NCBI GenBank assembly: GCA_947259705.1
Contig: CAMYNL010000009.1
Span: forward strand, 2,197-66,196
Length of the DNA: 64,000 nt
Source of the DNA: an uncultured Gammaproteobacteria bacterium
GTDB taxonomy: Bacteria > Pseudomonadota > Gammaproteobacteria > Arenicellales > JAANXG01
Direction of reading: 5' to 3'
The notes below the pieces were generated by a model. The model saw only the letters and a program-made list of their open reading frames with translations. It ran no database searches and was not told where the DNA came from. Made by a program: the position numbers and the translations under genes. Below are positions 51,373-60,655 of the stretch, one piece after another. How positions within the stretch are numbered: position 1 is the stretch's first letter; every line of letters starts with the position of its first letter.

Positions 51373-52533
51373 ATGCGGGATATGGATAAACATGTCATCA
51401 CCACCCAGCCGGAGCTGGAGAAGCTTTGCCGGTCCGGTGCGGGTTGCGAGTGGATCGCCCTGGACACCGAGTTCATGCGCGTTCGGACCTACTACGCGCG
51501 GCTTTGTCTGGTCCAGATAGCCGATGAACGCGAGATCGCCTGTATTGATCCGCTGGCAGCCGGACTGGATCTTGCCCCGCTGCAGGCGCTGCTGTCGGAT
51601 GGCGGGGTAACCAAGATCATCCATGCCGCCCGGCAGGACCTGGAAGTGCTCTTGCAGGCGCTCGGGGTTGTGCCCACACCGGTGTTCGATACCCAGGTCG
51701 CCGCGGCCCTGCTGGGCCATGGCGATCAAATCGGCTACGCAGCGCTGGTCGAGGCTATCGTTGGGAAGGCACTGGACAAGGCCCACACGCGAACGGACTG
51801 GTGCGAGCGTCCGCTCTCTCGCGAGCAGGTGGAGTATGCGCTCGACGACGTGCGCTACCTGGGTGAACTCTGTCTGGAGCTGCGCTCCCGGCTCGCCGCC
51901 GCGAGACGACTGGATTGGGCACGCGCAGAGTGCGCGCTGTTGACCGAGCCGAGGCTCTACGAGCAGGACCCGCAGCAGGCGTATCTGCGCATGGGGCAGG
52001 GACACCGCCTCTTGCCCACGCAGCAGCATATCCTCAAGCAACTGGCTATCTGGCGGGAATCGGTAGCGCAAAGACGTAACCTGCCCCGCAACTGGGTTGC
52101 CAGGGACAAGCTGCTGGTGAACATTGCCTTGGCGATGCCCGTCGATGCGGGCGGTTTGGGCCAGCTCGACGAGATGCCGCCACAGTTCCTGCGGCGCCAT
52201 GGAAAGGAAGTGCTGGACTTGGTGACAGGGGTGCTCCGGCGGCAGCCGGCGGAACCGGTGTGGCAGCGGCGTGAAAAACTGACCACCATCCAGCGGCGGA
52301 CCGCTGATCAACTGATGGCTGCACTGACCGCCGTGGCGGCACGGCAGCACATTGCCGCGCCAATGCTCGGTACCCGTCGTGACATGGAAAAGCTCGCCCG
52401 CGGCGACACCGGCGTGCCCCAGTTCCATGGGTGGAGACGGGAGCTGCTGCAGGACGCCCTTTCGCGGGTACTGCGGGACACGGGTCCCATCGACGACGCA
52501 CAGCCGGGCCGCTCCGTGTCCAGTCCCGGCTAG
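51373..52533 (+). CDS. rnd: Ribonuclease D
   Basis: Trimmed to MRDMDKHVITTQPELEKL...; DEDD exonuclease motifs (ALDTEFMR; HAARQDLEVL; YALDDVRYL); HRDC-like C-terminus. Confidence 0.9.
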   Translation: MRDMDKHVITTQPELEKLCRSGAGCEWIALDTEFMRVRTYYARLCLVQIADEREIACIDPLAAGLDLAPLQALLSDGGVTKIIHAARQDLEVLLQALGVVPTPVFDTQVAAALLGHGDQIGYAALVEAIVGKALDKAHTRTDWCERPLSREQVEYALDDVRYLGELCLELRSRLAAARRLDWARAECALLTEPRLYEQDPQQAYLRMGQGHRLLPTQQHILKQLAIWRESVAQRRNLPRNWVARDKLLVNIALAMPVDAGGLGQLDEMPPQFLRRHGKEVLDLVTGVLRRQPAEPVWQRREKLTTIQRRTADQLMAALTAVAARQHIAAPMLGTRRDMEKLARGDTGVPQFHGWRRELLQDALSRVLRDTGPIDDAQPGRSVSSPG

Positions 52534-52590
52534 CCGGATGTTCGGTTCCGCCGAGCACAGCCTGTTCAGCCGACCCGCGTTACGCTGGGC

Positions 52591-53571
52591 ATGACGGACC
52601 TGGTCACCGGCGCCAGTGGATTTATCGGCAGCCATCTGGTAGAGGCCTTGGTGTCGCAGCGACGCCCCGTGCGCTGCCTGGTGCGCGACCGGCAGCGATT
52701 GCGGTGGCTGGCGGGACAACCTGTTGAAATCGTCGAGGGAGACTGCGCAAGGCGGGAGACCCTGACGGAGGCCACGTACGGGGTTGATCGAGTGTTCCAT
52801 ATTGCCGGAGCGTCCTGGGCCGCCACCGCAACCGAGTTCTACCGACAGAACGCAACCGGCACCCGCAATCTGCTGCAGGCCTGTGCGTCCAACGCGCCCC
52901 AACTGCGGCGGTTCGTACTGGTGTCCAGCCAGGCCGCCAGCGGACCAGCGAGCGGTCGCGGGACAGTTGGGGAAAACGATCCGCCGCGGCCCGTCAGTGC
53001 CTACGGTGAGAGTAAACTGGCTGCGGAGCGTTATGCACAACAATACCGTGATCGGATCCCGATCACTATAATCCGCCCTTCAACGGTGTACGGACCTAGG
53101 GATCGGGCGTTTTTGCCCTATTTTCGCTTGGTTCGTCGCGGTTTCCTGTTAGAATTTGGCGCTGGCGCGCGCGATGTCAGCTTGTGTCACGTTTCCGATC
53201 TGGTCGCGGGCTTGATGCAGGCGGCCGATAGCCAATCGGCCTCGGGATCGGTATATTTTGTTGCGGACTCAGAACCGTATTCCTGGCAAAGGGTCGAAGA
53301 GATGGTGTGCGGCATCCTGGGGGTCAGCGCAAAACGGTTGATCCTCCCGGGGTGGATGCTCTATGTAATTGGCAGCCTGGGCCAGGTTTTCAGCGCGGTA
53401 AGCCGCGTACCGGTGCAACTTAATCGTGCCCGAGCCGCGGAATTGCTAGAGCGCAGATGGGTGTGCGACACCAGTCTGGCGCGGCGAGAATTGGGCTACG
53501 AGTCAAGAACGACATTAGAGGCTGGACTTCGGCAATTAGTCCGCTGGTATGAACAAGAAAATTGGTTATGA
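52591..53571 (+). CDS. NAD(P)-dependent extended SDR (epimerase/dehydratase/reductase family)
   Basis: 326 aa; TGASGFIGSHL Rossmann motif; catalytic YGESK; ATGA-coupled to the downstream alpha-oxoamine synthase. Confidence 0.85.
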   Translation: MTDLVTGASGFIGSHLVEALVSQRRPVRCLVRDRQRLRWLAGQPVEIVEGDCARRETLTEATYGVDRVFHIAGASWAATATEFYRQNATGTRNLLQACASNAPQLRRFVLVSSQAASGPASGRGTVGENDPPRPVSAYGESKLAAERYAQQYRDRIPITIIRPSTVYGPRDRAFLPYFRLVRRGFLLEFGAGARDVSLCHVSDLVAGLMQAADSQSASGSVYFVADSEPYSWQRVEEMVCGILGVSAKRLILPGWMLYVIGSLGQVFSAVSRVPVQLNRARAAELLERRWVCDTSLARRELGYESRTTLEAGLRQLVRWYEQENWL

Positions 53572-54824
53572 CACACCGGTCACTCGCTAAGCAGGACATT
53601 GTCGGTCGGGTAGATGGTCTCTTGGAAGTTCCGGCGAAGCGCGCCGGCATCTTTGACAAGTGCCGCAAATTCACGCGTGCGCAGGAACTGATGGCGGTCG
53701 GCCTTTATCCGTATTTCCACAAGGTCGAGTCGGCGCAGGAGCCCGAGGTCGTTTGCGACGGGCGCCCGATGATCATGATGAGTTCCAACAATTACCTCGG
53801 GCTCACCAACCATCCCAGAGTCAAGGAAGCGGCGATCGACGCCGTGAGGCGTTATGGCACTGGCTGCGCGGGTTCCCGATTTCTCAACGGCACTCTGGCC
53901 ATACACGAGGAGCTGGAAGACCGTCTGGCAACATTTCTCGGCAAGCAAGCGGCGATCGTCTTCCCGACGGGGTTTCAGGCCAACCTTGGTGCTATTTCCG
54001 CCCTGGTCGGGAAGAATGAACTGATCGTGATCGACAAGATGAATCACGCCAGTATCTTCGACGGTTGCCGTCTGTCTTTCGGCCAGATAAGGAAGTTCCG
54101 GCACAACGACATGCAGGACCTGGAGCGCATCCTGGCCAGCAACGAGGGACGCGGTGCCCTGGTGGTGGTGGATGGCGTGTTCAGTATGGAGGGAGATATC
54201 GCGGATCTGCCGGGGCTGGTCGACGTGTGCGGCCGATATGGCGCCGGCATCATGGTGGATGATGCCCATGGCTTGGGTGTGCTGGGCGAGAACGGGCGCG
54301 GGACCGGCGAGCATTTCGGCATGGAAGATGACATTGATCTCGTCATGGGCACCTACAGCAAGTCCCTGGCAACAATCGGCGGATGCCTGGCGGCAGACAG
54401 TGACGTCATCGATTACCTGAAACACCATGCAAGGTCCCTCATGTTCTCAGCCAGTCTGCCCCCGGCACCGGTGGCGGCTGCGCTGACGGCGCTGGACATC
54501 ATCGAAAGCGAACCTGAACGGCGCGAAAGGTTGTGGCGCAATGCACGTTACCTGGCAGAGGGTTATCGCCAGCTGGGGTTCGATATCGGTACCAGCGAAA
54601 CACCGATCATCCCGGTGATGGTCGGGGACGAGGAGAAGGTGCTGGTGATGTGGCGCCGACTTTTTGATGCCGGAGTTTTCGCCAGCCCGGTGCTCTATCC
54701 GGCGGTACCACCCGGCATGGCACTGATTCGCACGAGCTGCATGGCTACCCACACCGTGACCCATCTGGATCAGGTCCTGGACGTATTCGGCCGGGTCGGT
54801 CGTGACATGGGCCTGCTCAGTTAG
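53568..54824 (+). CDS. Alpha-oxoamine synthase, serine-palmitoyltransferase-like
   Basis: N-terminal FTRAQELMAVGLYPYFHKVES...MMSSNNYLGL; PLP-lysine motif GTYSKSLATIGG (SPT-like rather than BioF/KBL GTxGKA); DDAHGLG; RTSCMATHT. Confidence 0.8.
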   Translation: MTHRSLAKQDIVGRVDGLLEVPAKRAGIFDKCRKFTRAQELMAVGLYPYFHKVESAQEPEVVCDGRPMIMMSSNNYLGLTNHPRVKEAAIDAVRRYGTGCAGSRFLNGTLAIHEELEDRLATFLGKQAAIVFPTGFQANLGAISALVGKNELIVIDKMNHASIFDGCRLSFGQIRKFRHNDMQDLERILASNEGRGALVVVDGVFSMEGDIADLPGLVDVCGRYGAGIMVDDAHGLGVLGENGRGTGEHFGMEDDIDLVMGTYSKSLATIGGCLAADSDVIDYLKHHARSLMFSASLPPAPVAAALTALDIIESEPERRERLWRNARYLAEGYRQLGFDIGTSETPIIPVMVGDEEKVLVMWRRLFDAGVFASPVLYPAVPPGMALIRTSCMATHTVTHLDQVLDVFGRVGRDMGLLS

Positions 54825-54934
54825 CCGATCATCATTGGGCTGGCCTCCTCTCAATTCCCTGCCTTGAAGCGCTGCTCCCGGCCGAGGAGATGGCTTCGGG
54901 CTTGCAGCTTCTCCACCGACCAGGAGGGCGCGTA

Positions 54935-55990
54935 ATGGTCCGGCGCAGCTTCCTATCGTGTGCGGTAATAGTTCTGCTCGCGGTCTGCGGACCGTTGCCG
55001 GCCTCGGAGGACGATCTCCGTCCGCAGTTGCTTCAGGACGAGCTCTATACCGAGGGCTGGGACTACTATTTTCTCTTCGACGACGGCACCTGGGTCACCG
55101 TGCAGACCTTTATCAGCAACTTCGGCCCCGGGAATCATCGCGGGCTGGTGATCGGCACGATCACGAAAGCTGATGACGAATCCATAGTTATCAAGAACGG
55201 GCGCCCGAGGGAAAAATGGCAGTTCTCCGAGTCCGGATATGACTTCAAACTCGCCCGACATCATCTGATGGGCGAGTTCCCCGACTACCGGCTGCGGCTC
55301 CGCAACCGTCGTGGTGAGCTGGAGATTGATCTGACCGCTACGGCCCCGCCATGGCGGCCGATGACTGGACAGGTCTCGGAGGAACGGCACTACGTATCCA
55401 TGTTTCTGACCCAGCTGCGTGCCGAGGGGCGCTACCGTTCGGGGGGCGATGGCGATGCTGAAGCGCCCTGGCGACGTTTGCAGGGGGGGGTGGGTTACGC
55501 AGTGCGTTACCTCAACGCTAAGTCGTTGTCGAAGGTCGCATCCGGGTGGCTGAGGCTGGCGCCTTGGCAGGCCGAGGGGGATGACAAGCCTCTATTGCTG
55601 CTGCTCACACAACCCGATGGACAGCAAACCAATCATATGGCCCTGCTCACCGGAGACGTCATCCGCTGGCAAGGCAGTGGATTTTCGGTAAGTTACGAGG
55701 AAGCCGTCAGCATGGTGCCCAACGGTCACCTGATCCCGCAGACAATATCACTGGACGTGGAGCATGGAGGAACCTCCATCTCGGGCACGGTCCGGGTGCG
55801 GCAACTGTTGCAGCGATTTGATTTCGTTGGTGAACTTAAGAACCTGGAGCGGATTTTCGTTCGCTTCATTAATACGCCCATCCACTATCGCTACCTTGCC
55901 GACTACGATTTCCAGGTAAGAGACAGCGGGGGCGTGCGCCGCTTGACGGGAAGCGGCTTTGCGGAGTACATGACCCTGAAATACCAGTGA
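54935..55990 (+). CDS. Secreted hypothetical protein (beta-rich; possibly AttH/CrtC lipocalin-like)
   Basis: Trimmed to MVRRSFLSCAVIVLLAVCGPLPASE (signal peptide) with an AGGAGG RBS. EGWDYYFLFDDGTWVTVQTFISNFG is reminiscent of the AttH-like fold; the family call is tentative. Confidence 0.55.
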   Translation: MVRRSFLSCAVIVLLAVCGPLPASEDDLRPQLLQDELYTEGWDYYFLFDDGTWVTVQTFISNFGPGNHRGLVIGTITKADDESIVIKNGRPREKWQFSESGYDFKLARHHLMGEFPDYRLRLRNRRGELEIDLTATAPPWRPMTGQVSEERHYVSMFLTQLRAEGRYRSGGDGDAEAPWRRLQGGVGYAVRYLNAKSLSKVASGWLRLAPWQAEGDDKPLLLLLTQPDGQQTNHMALLTGDVIRWQGSGFSVSYEEAVSMVPNGHLIPQTISLDVEHGGTSISGTVRVRQLLQRFDFVGELKNLERIFVRFINTPIHYRYLADYDFQVRDSGGVRRLTGSGFAEYMTLKYQ

Positions 55991-56035
55991 TGGCCGCGCC
56001 GCTGGTCGAAACAACGGGCTGTTGAAGACCTCGAA

Positions 56036-58495
56036 GTGAGTACATTCGACGACGATTCCATCTCCGACAGGCCACGATGGGCCGGTGCCGTCGCAAGCGG
56101 CGTCATCCGCGGCTACCTGTTAATACTGCTCGCAACCGGGGTTTCCGGATACTACAGCTTCGATCTGGCCAAGTCGCTGAAACTGAACACTGACATCGTT
56201 TCTTTGATGCCGGAGGGTGTGCCCAGCGTCGACAACCTGCAGCGGGTAATCGAGAAGACCGGCGGTTATGCGAATGTCATGGTGCTGGTGGAGTCCACGG
56301 ATCCGGACGCCGCGCTGCGATTTCTGGATGACCTGCGCGACGAGCTGCTGCAATTGGATTGGGTAAGCAGTGCTGAGTACGCGGAGGACACGGCGGTTTT
56401 TCAGCGTAATCGGCTGCTCTATGTCGATGTGGAAGACCTTCGGGTAATCAACGAGCGACTGGCCGCGCGTATAGACTACGAAAAGAAGAACATCACTTTC
56501 AGCGTAGAGGACACGCCGGTTGAAATCACCATACGTGGCGCTGAGAGAAGGCTACCTTCGCTGGATTTCCAGGACATCAAGAAGAAGTACGAAGGCGAGC
56601 AAACCGATACGAAAAAGCAACATGTATTCCGTAACGAGTCTGGAGACCTGACCATCATGGTCGTGCTCCCGCGAGGCAGCACGACGAACGTTTCATATTC
56701 GCGCGAGGTGATCGCTGACATCGACCGACTGGCCAGACAAGTCGATCCGGCGAGTTATCACCCAGAAATGACGGTACTCATCGGCGGTCGTGTCAAGAAC
56801 CTGGTCGCCAAGTTCGATGCCATCATGTCTGATATCCGCGGCAGCGGCCTGTGGTCAATCGCCAGCATCCTGCTGGTGGTGGTGATCTATTACCGCCGTC
56901 TGATGGCGATCTTGTACATAGGGTTGCCGCTTGTGATCGCGTTCCTCTGGACCTTCGGGATAACCCAGGTCTACCTCGGCGGCCTTAATCTCATCACTAT
57001 TTTTTTGGTGCTTATCCTGTTCGGCCTGGGTATAGATTTCGGTATACACAACCTGGCTCGATACGATGAGGTGCGCCGTGATGGCGGCACCATGCGGGAC
57101 GCGCTGGAAACGGTGTACTCGCGCACCGGTCGCGCATCCCTGCTCGCGGGCGTCACCACCGTGGTCGGCTTTTATTCCCTGATGACGACGGACTTCAGGG
57201 CATTTTATGAGTTCGGATTCATCGCCGGCACCGGCGTGGCACTGGCACTGGTCTCCATGTATCTGGTTTTCCCGTCCCTCATGGTGCTGGCGGAGAAGAC
57301 ACGGATCTACCGGGTAATGCGCCGCGATGACGAGAACGCGGGCAAGACCGCCGGCCCGATGCCTTTTGCGCTTCCAATCATTATTGTGGGCACAATCTTG
57401 TGTCTCGTGAGCATCATGCTGGTACCGCAGCTCCGGTTCGAGGATGATTTCGACAAGATCAACACCCAGGTACGGGAGATAAGCAGCCTGAACGGGAAGA
57501 TCAAGCAGGTTTTTCCGCTGAGGTCGGACCGCGCGGTCGTATTTGTGGACACCCTGGAGGACGTCAGCGCCGTGGTGCAGGAAGTCGAAAGAATAAAGCA
57601 GCAGCGCCCCCCGGAAGAAGCCACCATCGAGAAGGTCAAGTCTATCTACAGTGTGGTCCCCAGCTCTGCGGACCAGGAAGACAGATTGCGGGAGATCGAA
57701 CGAATCGATGAGCAGATCCGCGAGGCTGTGGAGATGCTGGAGCAGTTCGGCGAAAAAGACGACGATCGCAAGAAGGAGCTGCAGGAACTGCGCGAGAACT
57801 TCGGAGTGTCTGCACTGCAGCCGAAGGATCTGCCCCCGGCCCTGCAACAGATCTATACAGGTGTGCCGGGATCGGGTGGATACCTGGTCTACATATTCAA
57901 CCTCAAACCGACCTCGAAACTGGAGGACGCACAGGCATTCGTCGATGACATCCGCGAGATTAGGATCAACGGCAAGACCTATCATCCCGCTACCGAGGCG
58001 ATGGTATTCGTCGATATGCTGAATCTGATGAAGGATGATGCCACAGGGGCCGTTGCAGCGGTGCTCGCCGCGATATGCCTGGTCCTGCTGCTCGCTACGC
58101 GGGAATTCAAGAGCGCCGTTTTGGTGCTGATACCGGTGCTGGTGGGGATGTTGTGGATGCTCGCAATCATGGCCGCCCTCGGCATCCGGCTCAACATATT
58201 CAACATGGTCGTGCTGCCCACCGTCCTCGGTATCGGAATCGACAACGGCATCCATATCTATCATCGATTTTGCGAAGAAGGACGTCACCATGTACGGCAT
58301 GTAATCAGGACCACTGGCGGCGCTGCCTTCCTGACCACTTTGACCACCATGCTTGGATTCGCCGGGACCCTCACTGCCTCCAACCAGGGCCTGCAGTCGC
58401 TCGGCCTGGTGGCTTGCATAGGCCTGTTTGCCTGTATGATCAGCTCGCTGACGGTGTTTCCGGCGCTCCTGCAGTCCATCGAAAGGCGTTCCTGA
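56036..58495 (+). CDS. MMPL/HpnN-like RND-superfamily lipid exporter
   Basis: 819 aa; two 6-TM bundles, each after a large soluble loop. Duplicated signature LFGLGIDFGIHNLARY / VLGIGIDNGIHIYHRF. Confidence 0.82.
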   Translation: MSTFDDDSISDRPRWAGAVASGVIRGYLLILLATGVSGYYSFDLAKSLKLNTDIVSLMPEGVPSVDNLQRVIEKTGGYANVMVLVESTDPDAALRFLDDLRDELLQLDWVSSAEYAEDTAVFQRNRLLYVDVEDLRVINERLAARIDYEKKNITFSVEDTPVEITIRGAERRLPSLDFQDIKKKYEGEQTDTKKQHVFRNESGDLTIMVVLPRGSTTNVSYSREVIADIDRLARQVDPASYHPEMTVLIGGRVKNLVAKFDAIMSDIRGSGLWSIASILLVVVIYYRRLMAILYIGLPLVIAFLWTFGITQVYLGGLNLITIFLVLILFGLGIDFGIHNLARYDEVRRDGGTMRDALETVYSRTGRASLLAGVTTVVGFYSLMTTDFRAFYEFGFIAGTGVALALVSMYLVFPSLMVLAEKTRIYRVMRRDDENAGKTAGPMPFALPIIIVGTILCLVSIMLVPQLRFEDDFDKINTQVREISSLNGKIKQVFPLRSDRAVVFVDTLEDVSAVVQEVERIKQQRPPEEATIEKVKSIYSVVPSSADQEDRLREIERIDEQIREAVEMLEQFGEKDDDRKKELQELRENFGVSALQPKDLPPALQQIYTGVPGSGGYLVYIFNLKPTSKLEDAQAFVDDIREIRINGKTYHPATEAMVFVDMLNLMKDDATGAVAAVLAAICLVLLLATREFKSAVLVLIPVLVGMLWMLAIMAALGIRLNIFNMVVLPTVLGIGIDNGIHIYHRFCEEGRHHVRHVIRTTGGAAFLTTLTTMLGFAGTLTASNQGLQSLGLVACIGLFACMISSLTVFPALLQSIERRS

Positions 58496-58525
58496 GGGTC
58501 GCCCGGATCGGTTGGGTGGCCGCCC

Positions 58526-59794
58526 ATGGCAAGAAGCAGACAGAGAGTGAGACAAATTTCCGGAGATCATCGCGCCACCCGCGTGCTTTTTCTGAACAGC
58601 TGTGTGAATGGCGGCGGAGCCGGCCGCAGTCTCGCGGCGCTTCTGAGCGTGCCGCAAGAAGGAATGGAATCCTGGGTGGTGATGCCCGAACCCGGAGTCG
58701 TTGCCGCACACCTGCGAGGGGTTGCCCATATCGAGTATGTGCCGGAATTCGTCGAGCGACTCGGACGGTCGCCCTATGCATGGCCGGACCGGCTCCGGAT
58801 GCAATGGCTGCACGGGCCCGCCAGTGCGTATGCACTGGCGCTTGCGACCCGCAAGATCATTGCGCTGGCGCGGCGCATCAAGCCCGACGTGATTCACTGC
58901 AACCATATGCTCGCCAAGCCGATCGGTACAATGGTCGGCGCTGCCGTGGGCATTCCGGTGGTGTTTCATTCCCGCGCCGTCCATCAGATCCCCATTGACG
59001 GCGCCTTTTACAGCTGGTTGGGAGCCCGCAAGGCGGTGAGCCGGATCATCTGTAATTCGGCAGCCAGCGCGGAGGTGTACCGGCGGCGCAGCGCCGAGAA
59101 GATTACGATCATCCCGAACAGTATCGATGTCTCTGTCTTCAGCCGGCGGCAGACGGCGCCGCGCCTGCGCTTGGAGTGCGGACTCGCCGCTGACGATTTC
59201 GTGGTGGGGTTCGTGGGCCGCTTGCACCCGAAAAAGGGGCTGGACTGGCTATTGCGGTCGTTCGCTTCTCTTTGTCGCGGACATCGCAATTCGGTGTTGG
59301 TGGTGCTGGGTGATAATGATGGCGGCCTGCACTATGACGCCGGGAAGGGCAGCCGGGATCTTGCCGCGGCGCTGGGGATCGGTGAGCGGGTGATCTTCAC
59401 CGGGTTTCGCGATGATGTCCGTCCCTACATGGCCGACTTCGACGTTCTGGCCTTTCCGTCGCGACTGCCGGAGTCTTTCGGCCGGGTGATCCTCGAGGCG
59501 ATGGCACTGGAGGTGCCAGTCGTGGTCGCGGCTCATGGCGGCGCGATCGAGGTGGTGGAAGATGGCCGACAGGGCCTGTGGGTGGAGGTAGAGGACGAGC
59601 CAGGGTTGGCCGACGCGCTCGAGCAGCTGGCCAAAGACGCAGAGCTGCGCCGGCGCATGGGCAGGGCGGGCCGCGAGCGCGTTGCGGCGCTTTACGATGT
59701 CGCGCCGGTCGCCAGGCGGGTGTTCGGGGTGCTGGCGAATGCGGCCCGGGACTGCGGCCCCTTGCGGCGCAGCCTCCCCGCCAGCGAAGGTTAG
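58526..59794 (+). CDS. Glycosyltransferase family 4 (GT-B, Glycos_transf_1)
   Basis: 422 aa; E-x7-E region PSRLPESFGRVILEAMALEVPVV; GRLHPKKG motif. Confidence 0.85.
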   Translation: MARSRQRVRQISGDHRATRVLFLNSCVNGGGAGRSLAALLSVPQEGMESWVVMPEPGVVAAHLRGVAHIEYVPEFVERLGRSPYAWPDRLRMQWLHGPASAYALALATRKIIALARRIKPDVIHCNHMLAKPIGTMVGAAVGIPVVFHSRAVHQIPIDGAFYSWLGARKAVSRIICNSAASAEVYRRRSAEKITIIPNSIDVSVFSRRQTAPRLRLECGLAADDFVVGFVGRLHPKKGLDWLLRSFASLCRGHRNSVLVVLGDNDGGLHYDAGKGSRDLAAALGIGERVIFTGFRDDVRPYMADFDVLAFPSRLPESFGRVILEAMALEVPVVVAAHGGAIEVVEDGRQGLWVEVEDEPGLADALEQLAKDAELRRRMGRAGRERVAALYDVAPVARRVFGVLANAARDCGPLRRSLPASEG

Positions 59795-60606
59795 ATCCGA
59801 CCCGCCATACTGCCCAGGGAAACAGGTGTCAGGCCGCGCGCCCGCAGCCCCTCGAGCATGGCGGGGAGCGCCGTCACCAGGCTGTCCCGGGAACCCATTG
59901 CGCCGGGCGGATAGCCGTCGTGCATCACCACCACGTCGCCGCTCGCGGCCCTCGACAGCAGGCGTTCCAACAGTTCTTCGGGGGGGGGGTTCTGGACGTC
60001 CCAGATCGGGTAACCGTACCCGACCAGGCGCAGCGAGCGCCGCCGCAACTCCGCGTGCAGCATTGGGTTTTTGTATCCCTTGGGACAGCGAAAAAACCGC
60101 GGGCTCACCTGGGTCGCATCCTCGATGCTGTGTTGACAGCGGTCCAGTTCCTCGGCGATCTGCCGACGGGACGCGAACATCAGGTTGCGGTGGGTTTGGG
60201 TATGATTGCCGAGTGTATGGCCCCTGGCCACGATGGCCCTGGCCAGTTCAGGCGCCCGGACTACGTTTTCGCCGATACAAAAGAAACTCGCCTTGGCCCC
60301 GTATTGCTCCAGGATCTCCAGTATCTCCCGCGTGTAGGGCTCCACCGGTCCGTCGTCGAAGGTCAACGCAATCGGAGAACGGTTGTCACTCCCGGGCGGG
60401 ATGCGGACGATAGCGGGGGCGAACAGATTCACCCGGGGATGGAACGCGTCCAACGCCAGTACGGCCAGGATCGCAGAGAACGATCCCATCACTGCGAGCA
60501 CCCAGCCGGGAGCGCCCACGATACCGGTAAGCACGATTATCGCCGCCCAACCCGACAGATAAAGGGCGACGTAAACAAGTATCTTTAGTCGCGCGGCGAA
60601 GGGCAT
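59791..60606 (-). CDS. Membrane-anchored NodB-type polysaccharide/carbohydrate deacetylase
   Basis: Trimmed to MPFAARLKILVYVALYLSGW... (two TM helices); NodB motifs TFDDGP and NHTQTH. Its stop overlaps the GT4 stop by 4 nt (convergent). Confidence 0.82.
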   Translation of the reverse strand: MPFAARLKILVYVALYLSGWAAIIVLTGIVGAPGWVLAVMGSFSAILAVLALDAFHPRVNLFAPAIVRIPPGSDNRSPIALTFDDGPVEPYTREILEILEQYGAKASFFCIGENVVRAPELARAIVARGHTLGNHTQTHRNLMFASRRQIAEELDRCQHSIEDATQVSPRFFRCPKGYKNPMLHAELRRRSLRLVGYGYPIWDVQNPPPEELLERLLSRAASGDVVVMHDGYPPGAMGSRDSLVTALPAMLEGLRARGLTPVSLGSMAGRI

Positions 60607-60655
60607 ATCGGAATGGTGCGGGCGCGAAGGCCGGATGCAAAGGGTAGAGCGTGTC

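Noticed and set aside
53568-54824. The alpha-oxoamine synthase could be BioF (biotin) or Kbl (threonine degradation).
   Set aside because: There are no bio or tdh genes nearby. The N-terminal extension and GTYSKS lysine motif look SPT-like, and the gene is ATGA-coupled to an SDR within a lipid-gene context. This is still unproven without phylogeny.
56855-59227. 790-aa ORF antisense to the MMPL and GT4 genes. Similar long antisense ORFs lie at 5754-7211, 8876-9940, 34917-36056 and 51271-53043.
   Set aside because: These are typical shadow ORFs of a high-GC genome. Their products are Arg/Gly/His/Pro-rich with no motifs, and each overlaps a sense-strand gene that has clear family signatures.
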